Positions 57,865 through 64,000 of a DNA stretch of 64,000 nucleotides are shown here, piece by piece. A program made the position numbers and the translations under genes. The stretch is from an uncultured Muribaculaceae bacterium (GTDB lineage: Bacteria; Bacteroidota; Bacteroidia; Bacteroidales; Muribaculaceae): the NCBI GenBank assembly GCA_948750375.1, contig CAPZWT010000004.1:24598-88597 (forward strand), given 5' to 3'. Within the stretch, counting starts at the first letter, position 1, and every line of letters starts with the position of its first letter. Below the pieces are notes generated by a model. That model searched no databases and was not told the origin of the DNA. It saw only the letters and a list, made by a program, of their open reading frames with translations.

Positions 57865-59967
57865 ATGAAAGCAAAAACATATCTCCACGCCCTGCTCGCC
57901 CTTTCGCTGGCCTGCGCAGCGACAGCTTGCGACGAAAACGCCTGGAACAAAGAATTAGACGGCTGGGACGAAAAAAACGACCAGCCCGTACAGCAAGTAC
58001 AGACTATCGAATACACCCTCACCAATAATGACTACAGCATTATTGCAGGGCTGTCGGCAAACGTGGCTATCGCCGGCGAAAACGGCGCCGCTGCCCTCAA
58101 GGAAGTAGGCACACTCAAGCGTTTCAGCGCCGAGGCTCCGGCTTCGACATATGCTCCGGCTTTATTCAGCGACAGCAACTTCCCCTACTTCACTCTCACA
58201 AACGGATCGTCGATAAAGCTGACTTATAACGTCGCCACCGACGAACCCGTCCTCTACAAAGCCGCCGCAAACGCTCAGACTCTGACCGTGACCGACGACT
58301 TCTATCAGACAAAAGTATGGGAGTCGGAAGAAAACTATATCAACGCATTCGCGCCCTCGAAACCGGCTGCAAGCTATCTTCCGGCTTACATCAGCGCCGA
58401 GCTTTCGCCTGCCGACGGAGAAGTCGCTGTGGTGACTTATAACATTGCCACACAGGAACCCGTGTTCGGCAGCAACGGAGGCTCGACCGAAGAACCGACA
58501 TTCACACCGTCGGATGTCATTGGCACAGTTCAAAAAGGCGACAACGTGACTATCAACGGTGTTGTTACCGGCATATGCAATCAGGGCTACATTATTACAG
58601 ATAACAGCGGCTCAATACTTGTATACATGGGCAGCTCGTTCGATATCGCAAACGTAGCCATGGGCCAGCAGCTGAAAATAACCGGCGAAATCGGCGCTTA
58701 CAACAAAGGCCTTCAGGTAACAGGTTCGTCGGCTACAGTTGAAGCCATTGGCGAACAAGCTGTTGCATATCCAGAACCCAAGGTGTTCACAGCCGCCGAA
58801 CTTGATGTTGCTATCACACGCACCACCGACGAAACGGCAGTCTACGGTAAGCTCACCGGCACCACAAAGTTCAGCATGGACAAGGAAAATCCCGACAAAG
58901 TGCGCAACATCAACCTTATAATCGACGGAGCCTCTAAAGCTCAGGGCAGCGTATATCAGTTCACCGACAGCCAGCTCGCGCTGTTCAAAGCCGACACCGA
59001 ACAGACAATCGAAGGCTACTTCATCGCCGTTGCCAGCAGCCGCTACTGCAACTTCGTAGTCACAGCGGTCGACGGCGTACCATGCTTCCCCGCTCCTGCC
59101 AAAGCATCTCGTGCCAAAGCATCGCCCTACGTGCCTGTTGAAACAGAATATGCTGTTTACACATATGAAAACAACCGCTGGAACGCAAACAGCGACTTTA
59201 TGATTGTTCAGCCCGCCGACTACACTGCAATGGGTCAGAGATACCCCAACCTCAGCGAGGCCGAGCCCTATCTGTCGACATGGCTCAAAGTGAAACTGCC
59301 CTACGCAGCCGAAGGCGACATCAAATATGTAATCTGGACAAAATATGCTTCGGGCACATCAACCACCGAATGCAACGCATACCGCTACGACGGCTCGGTA
59401 TGGTCGGCATACAACTTCACCTCAACCCAGACCGACCAGTTTGTCATGACCGGCGGCAAGTGGCTGTTCGACCCCAACGTAACAATCACACTCCCGGCAG
59501 GCAAGAGCCAGCCCTTGAGCACAACTTACTTCCAGGCGTGCGTAAACTGGGTATTTGAGAATATCTGCAAGCCCATGGGCGACACCGACATCAAGAGCGG
59601 TAAATTCTATGTCTCTTCGTATGGCAACAACGAGTACTACTCCGGTACTTCGGCATTCCAGGGCAATGTGGACCTCCGTCCAACAGCAGCTCTCGCACAG
59701 TATGCCGCAGGTTACGAAGGCATGACCGATAGCGAAATCGTCGAGCTCGAAAAACACCGCTTCATGGAAGAGGTAATGCCCGGCGCACTCGCCACTCTCC
59801 ATGCCGACGCAAAACCGCTCGAAGGCCTCGACGTGCTCTACACAATCAACTTCAGCGCTTACGACGGAGCAAGCACCAATGCCTACGTGGCTGTATTCAA
59901 AGTTGTCGGCCCCGGCAAATTTGAACCCGTAAGCTGCACATGGTGGGAAAACGGCACCGGTAAATAA
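57865..59967 (+). CDS. Surface lipoprotein (DUF5017-like scaffold) with internal OB-fold-like domain(s)
   Basis: Lipobox AATAC-DE and EYTLTNNDY repeat-like motif. The internal VTINGVVTGICNQGYIITDNSGSILVY...GQQLKITGEIGAYNKGLQV resembles an OB fold. Family assignment is from memory of motifs. Confidence 0.65.
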   Translation: MKAKTYLHALLALSLACAATACDENAWNKELDGWDEKNDQPVQQVQTIEYTLTNNDYSIIAGLSANVAIAGENGAAALKEVGTLKRFSAEAPASTYAPALFSDSNFPYFTLTNGSSIKLTYNVATDEPVLYKAAANAQTLTVTDDFYQTKVWESEENYINAFAPSKPAASYLPAYISAELSPADGEVAVVTYNIATQEPVFGSNGGSTEEPTFTPSDVIGTVQKGDNVTINGVVTGICNQGYIITDNSGSILVYMGSSFDIANVAMGQQLKITGEIGAYNKGLQVTGSSATVEAIGEQAVAYPEPKVFTAAELDVAITRTTDETAVYGKLTGTTKFSMDKENPDKVRNINLIIDGASKAQGSVYQFTDSQLALFKADTEQTIEGYFIAVASSRYCNFVVTAVDGVPCFPAPAKASRAKASPYVPVETEYAVYTYENNRWNANSDFMIVQPADYTAMGQRYPNLSEAEPYLSTWLKVKLPYAAEGDIKYVIWTKYASGTSTTECNAYRYDGSVWSAYNFTSTQTDQFVMTGGKWLFDPNVTITLPAGKSQPLSTTYFQACVNWVFENICKPMGDTDIKSGKFYVSSYGNNEYYSGTSAFQGNVDLRPTAALAQYAAGYEGMTDSEIVELEKHRFMEEVMPGALATLHADAKPLEGLDVLYTINFSAYDGASTNAYVAVFKVVGPGKFEPVSCTWWENGTGK

Positions 59968-59991
59968 GCCCCCTGCCCTACCCCGACACAC

Positions 59992-60032
59992 GCGTGCCGC
60001 CGCCCAACTCCGGACAGCGGCACGCTTTGTTT
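59992..60032 (+). terminator. Terminator after the TonB receptor/lipoprotein pair
   Basis: GCGTGCCGC / GCGGCACGC stem followed by TTTGTTT. Confidence 0.7.
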
Positions 60033-60146
60033 GACAGCAGATTCATTCCGGTCACCTCCACGGCGCAGCAAAATCTTTTAGAACTCTCTGCAACAATTGC
60101 AGTATACCTTACGTTAAACACACAACAAACCTAACATCACCGGACT

Positions 60147-60704
60147 ATGCCCAAAAGCTCAGTTTACACACGTACAGGCGACAGCGGCACCACATCGCTC
60201 GTCGGAGGCACACGTGTACCCAAAAACAGCCCTCGGCTCGAAGCATACGGCACTATCGACGAGGCAAACTCGTGGCTCGGTCTGCTCGACGCTTCCGATG
60301 CTATTCCGCAAGCCGCACACACAACACTGCGCCGCGCCATGAATCATATGTTCGACATCGGGAGCGCCCTCGCCACAGAAGAGTCATCACAGTGGCAGCC
60401 GGCTCCTTTTCCTCAGCAGGCAATCGCCGACCTCGAAGCCGATATTGACTCGCTCGATGAAAAACTGCCCCGTCACAACCGCTTCATTCTGCCTGGCGGA
60501 CATCCCGACGCAGCAAGAGCAAACATCTCCCGGACTGTGATGCGCCGGGCTGAGCGCCGCATTCTCGACCTCGCAAAGACCACCGAAGTCGACCCCGCAA
60601 TCCTGCGCTATGTCAACCGCCTGAGCGATTACCTCTTCATTCTGAGCCGGGCAATCAACATAAAAAACGCAAAAGAAGAAATATTTTGGCAGAAGAATTG
60701 TTGA
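60147..60704 (+). CDS. ATP:cob(I)alamin adenosyltransferase (PduO type)
   Basis: YTRTGDSGTT, EAYGTIDEANS, FILPGG, RRAER and YVNRLSDYLF. Confidence 0.93.
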   Translation: MPKSSVYTRTGDSGTTSLVGGTRVPKNSPRLEAYGTIDEANSWLGLLDASDAIPQAAHTTLRRAMNHMFDIGSALATEESSQWQPAPFPQQAIADLEADIDSLDEKLPRHNRFILPGGHPDAARANISRTVMRRAERRILDLAKTTEVDPAILRYVNRLSDYLFILSRAINIKNAKEEIFWQKNC

Positions 60705-60751
60705 TTACAAGAAAATAACTATCTTTGCGCACTTTAAAAAAGACAGACACT

Positions 60752-60973
60752 ATGTATTGGACACTTGAACTCGCATCAAAACTTGAAGACGCCCCCTGGC
60801 CCGCTACAAAAGACGAACTGATTGATTATGCAATGCGCTCGGGCGCCCCTCTCGAAGTAATTGAAAACCTTCAGGAAATAGAAGACGAAGGCGACACTTA
60901 CGAATCAATCGAAGACATCTGGCCCGACTACCCCTCGAAAGAAGATTTTCTTTTCAACGAGGATGAATACTAA
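60752..60973 (+). CDS. DUF2795 domain-containing protein
   Basis: MYWTLELASKLEDAPWPATKDELIDYAMRSGAPLEV...FLFNEDEY, a highly conserved small Bacteroidetes protein. Confidence 0.9.
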   Translation: MYWTLELASKLEDAPWPATKDELIDYAMRSGAPLEVIENLQEIEDEGDTYESIEDIWPDYPSKEDFLFNEDEY

Positions 60974-61019
60974 CTGACAATTAGCTAGACAACTAATTAA
61001 AGATAAGAAACTTACGATA

Positions 61020-61049
61020 GAAACCACCTCAATTTTGGGGTGGTTTTTT
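61020..61049 (+). terminator. Terminator after DUF2795
   Basis: AAACCACCTC / GGGGTGGTTT stem followed by a T run. Confidence 0.75.
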
Positions 61050-61096
61050 CTTGTCTATTTACCCCCAACTGTATCAAAATAACTTTTTTAAAGTGA

Positions 61097-61435
61097 TACA
61101 CGCTACCCATTCGCTACCCCAAGACTACAAAAATCCTCCAAGAAAAAGGAACCTTTAGCTCGAGGTCAGCCTTGTGCTGACCTCAATAGTAAGTGTCGTC
61201 AAAACCAGCGAGAATTTTTTGCAAAACATTTTGAGAATAAAACACTTACCTCAAAATTGTATAACCCTATTTCAGACCTCAAAAATCCTCAAATTTCACA
61301 CTCATTAACATCTGCAAATCACGTTTTGGGATAGCGAGGAGTTAACTTATTGTTATTCAACAACATCACTCAAAATAGACTGCAAAATCAATACCCATAC
61401 AATCGTGGGGTAGCGGAATGGATAACAAGAGTGTA
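61097..61435. mobile_element. Non-coding element bounded by imperfect ~24-bp inverted repeats (MITE-like or recombinase attachment-site remnant)
   Basis: Left GCTACCCATTCGCTACCCCAAGA (61102-61124) aligns with the reverse complement of 61403-61426 (GTTATCCATTCCGCTACCCCACGA). An internal inverted copy lies at 61324-61337. Confidence 0.5.
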
Positions 61436-61504
61436 ATTATTGGTTGTGATTTTTTATGTTGTTACAACACAATATGATATGATATGAAATTCAAATATTA
61501 TTGC

Positions 61505-61512
61505 TAAATTTG
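61505..61512 (+). promoter_or_regulatory. -7 promoter element for the large orphan ORF
   Basis: TAAATTTG, ~150 nt upstream of ATG 61665. Confidence 0.45.
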
Positions 61513-61664
61513 TGACTGCAGACCGCTTGAAGCTCCGGTTTGGGATTGAGCAACGCCGGCTGCCTGCAGATACGTAATTCCAGCGACCACTGAAAAACTT
61601 ACTTAATATAATTTTGTTGAAGTAACCTTCTATAAGTTCAATCATCACATTAAAAATATACATT

Positions 61665-64000
61665 ATGAGATATCCTAAACTCATTAAATCCGTTATAGTC
61701 ATTATGTTTTTAAATGCTGTTTCTGTGATGTATGCTCAATCACAAAAGCAGCCTCTATCAGCAAATTTAGACAGCGTTAAAAAAGCAAACACGGAAATGT
61801 GGTTAAAAGCTCAAAAAAGAGCATTAGAACAGATGAAAGATTCCGAATTGGCCGAACCAATGGCAGAACTACAGAAAGAGGAGAAAGATGCCAGACTACA
61901 AAAAATTAACGAAGAAATTGAAGCATATAAGAGATTGGTATCTGGAGTAGTCAAACATTCTACTCCAACTTTTGGCATTGAAGAAGAACAAAAAGCAATA
62001 TCCGACACTTGCCATATCGTATCAGAACAGGTAATTAAAGAAGAAGGGGAGAAGGCAAACACTAATATTGCCCCAAAATGCTTTGCATATGAGCCAACCA
62101 CTTTTGCATCTCAAAGAGAAATACTTGACTTCATTAAATCAATAGATTTTGACCGGAATCCCCCCGCCAAAAGACTTTGTGATTTTTATAATGTCGAGAA
62201 GAAGATTACAGAAGACAAGGTGCTGAGAAAAGGAATTGAACTATACCAAAAAGGAAAGATAAAGAAAGCTGTTGATTATTTTTCGAAGGTATCTAAAAAT
62301 TTCAAATACACAAAAGACCAATTAGAGTATGCCAAATATCAAGTTGCGCATTATAATTATTATGGAAAATTTGATATTTATTACAATGGTATCCCTTCGC
62401 AAATGGATAGGACTGATGCCTCATGGAAATTTGAACGCAATGTTACATGTCCTTTGGTCCCGTATCTTTTTATGCTGGCGGAGCCAACATTATCAACATA
62501 TGACCCAATCAGGTTATTATCCTATATCGTAACGGCGAATAATAAATATAGACGAGAAGGCTACCTCTATGCCGACAATCGCAATTCTTTATTTACTAAA
62601 GATCTATTGGCTGCGCTTTTATATGAGGCATTCCCCAAAGGAGCAACTTTGAAAACTTCTAAGTTAAACGGTATTACTTATGGATACGATTATAAACCTA
62701 TGAAATATCGATTTGACGAAAAGACTAGTACACATCAAGAAGTGAGCTATTTTTGTGAGAGTATAAGCGATTTTTTCAACTGGATGGATTGTCTGCACAT
62801 TATAGCCAGAACCGACTGGAATCAGAAAGGATATTATGGAATAGGGCTTTCAGCCAATGAATTATATTACAAAGCCAAGAAAATTAATCCTTACAAGCAA
62901 TTCAATCTGTTCGATTATGAAAAAGGGGCAAAAAACATAGGCGACAGAGATGAACAATGCCAGGTTTTTTTGTTGAGAAGTGCTTACTTTGGACATCCTG
63001 ACGCAATGATTGAGCTTTTGCCTTACATTATAGCAACAGTTCAATTGGGATATGTGAATGGAGTTAGAGCATCAAAATTTTTTCAAAAAGAATACAACAA
63101 AGATTATGAAGGCACTAAATTATTTCTAAACGAATCGGCTCTTAATAGTATTTGTGCCATACTTGGAAAGAATAAGCATATAGACGGCTTGCCAAAGCTA
63201 GAACCTCTGAAAGACTATGCATACATATGGGAAGCCATGAGTGAAACTGCAAGCGAAGCATTCAAACAAATAAGCAAACAATACAACGACCTTATTTCTG
63301 CACAATTAGCCGAAGAGCGAGCAAAGAAAGAGCGTCGGAAACAATTTTGGACCAATGTAGGAACAGCCCTTCTAAACGGCATGGCAAGTGGAGTCTATGC
63401 ATACATGGCCTCTCAGTATCAGGTATCCGCACCGATGAATACAGTCCCGCAAATGACTGGCAATTATCCGGGTTCATTAGCGGATGCTATGTCTCAGCCC
63501 GGATACTTTCAACAGCAGCAACAACAGCTACTTCAATTATCGATGAACCAAGTACAATGGGCTGAGATGCAGGAATATAATGCTACCCGTGAGAATTATC
63601 AACGAATGGGACGAGATCTTACGCTCAACGAATTTCGCTCTCTTAAAGGTCAGGCAATTGCAAATCTGAAAGAGCAAGGATATGATATTATTGCTGAGCA
63701 AAAGGCTATTAATGATGATATACGCGATTTTAATCGCAGTCAGATGAACTCCGGTAAAGAAAACGTGGAACGCATCAAAAAGCAAAATGCAGACAAGTCG
63801 AAGGTTGTGGCATCTAACACCACCAACCCGAAATCAAAATCTTTCACATCAAATTCTTCAGCAAAGCCTTACACCGATTCTAAACCATCTTCCACTTCAA
63901 CAACTTCAGGTGCGAAGAAGAATAACAATGTAAGTCGGAATAAAGCGTCAGATTCAAGCCCTGATGCACATGAGCAATATAAAAAGGGAAATGTCAACAC
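61665..64000 (+). CDS. Large secreted hypothetical protein, partial (>778 aa, continues past the window)
   Basis: Manual translation from ATG 61665 (MRYPKLIKSVIVIMFLNAVSVMYAQSQK...) has no stop to the window end. It shows a signal peptide, coiled coil, TPR/Sel1-like helices, and Gln-rich then Ser/Thr/Lys-rich regions. Confidence 0.85.
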   Translation, partial: MRYPKLIKSVIVIMFLNAVSVMYAQSQKQPLSANLDSVKKANTEMWLKAQKRALEQMKDSELAEPMAELQKEEKDARLQKINEEIEAYKRLVSGVVKHSTPTFGIEEEQKAISDTCHIVSEQVIKEEGEKANTNIAPKCFAYEPTTFASQREILDFIKSIDFDRNPPAKRLCDFYNVEKKITEDKVLRKGIELYQKGKIKKAVDYFSKVSKNFKYTKDQLEYAKYQVAHYNYYGKFDIYYNGIPSQMDRTDASWKFERNVTCPLVPYLFMLAEPTLSTYDPIRLLSYIVTANNKYRREGYLYADNRNSLFTKDLLAALLYEAFPKGATLKTSKLNGITYGYDYKPMKYRFDEKTSTHQEVSYFCESISDFFNWMDCLHIIARTDWNQKGYYGIGLSANELYYKAKKINPYKQFNLFDYEKGAKNIGDRDEQCQVFLLRSAYFGHPDAMIELLPYIIATVQLGYVNGVRASKFFQKEYNKDYEGTKLFLNESALNSICAILGKNKHIDGLPKLEPLKDYAYIWEAMSETASEAFKQISKQYNDLISAQLAEERAKKERRKQFWTNVGTALLNGMASGVYAYMASQYQVSAPMNTVPQMTGNYPGSLADAMSQPGYFQQQQQQLLQLSMNQVQWAEMQEYNATRENYQRMGRDLTLNEFRSLKGQAIANLKEQGYDIIAEQKAINDDIRDFNRSQMNSGKENVERIKKQNADKSKVVASNTTNPKSKSFTSNSSAKPYTDSKPSSTSTTSGAKKNNNVSRNKASDSSPDAHEQYKKGNVN

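Noticed and set aside
61125..61402. Classic Bacteroides invertible promoter between the inverted repeats
   Set aside because: No TAnnTTTG element was found on either strand inside the segment, the repeats are imperfect, and the candidate promoter (61505) lies outside.
54824..61530. Shared 11-mer AGACCGCTTGA at 54824 and 61520 as a common operator
   Set aside because: An 11-bp match is expected by chance in a window this size, and the positions relative to the promoters differ.
61454..63785. Small ORF-track calls at the right end (61454, 61811, 62329, 62862, 63292, 63347, 63537)
   Set aside because: They overlap the single long frame starting at 61665 or its leader and are alternative-frame artefacts.
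1..64000. CRISPR arrays, tRNA/rRNA genes, transposases, prophage or defence genes
   Set aside because: No regularly spaced repeats, cloverleaf or rRNA-like segments, or matching protein motifs were seen by eye. tRNAscan/Infernal were not run.

Overview
64 kb of a Bacteroidales chromosome. The assignment rests on TAnnTTTG -7 promoters, no Shine-Dalgarno sites, and Bacteroidetes core clusters such as DUF4271-hemD-rnpA-yidD-tatD, pduO-DUF2795 and the glycogen debranching-GT4-GH57 cluster; Muribaculaceae-like is a guess. Most of the window is housekeeping: gal genes, ndk, FKBP PPIases, an AddA-like helicase, cysS, ispB, a TolC/HlyD export module, glycogen genes, apt, mnmG and ybeY. A perfect parS palindrome lies next to mnmG. 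No rRNA, tRNA, CRISPR array or intact transposase/integrase was seen. The most notable items are: (1) a galK-galE-galM operon with no galT but an NTP-transferase in its place; (2) an AT-richer block (~7.3-15.1 kb) holding a decayed LRR gene and a translationally coupled 7-gene succinylase-type diaminopimelate/lysine operon, in which an M20 hydrolase and a LysN-like aminotransferase seem to fill the DapE and DapC steps; (3) a non-SusC TonB receptor paired with an OB-fold-bearing lipoprotein; (4) at the right end, an AT-rich island starting with a ~340 bp element bounded by imperfect inverted repeats, followed by a >778-codon secreted orphan ORF that the ORF track missed because it runs off the window. 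All calls come from reading motifs by eye; no database searches were run.
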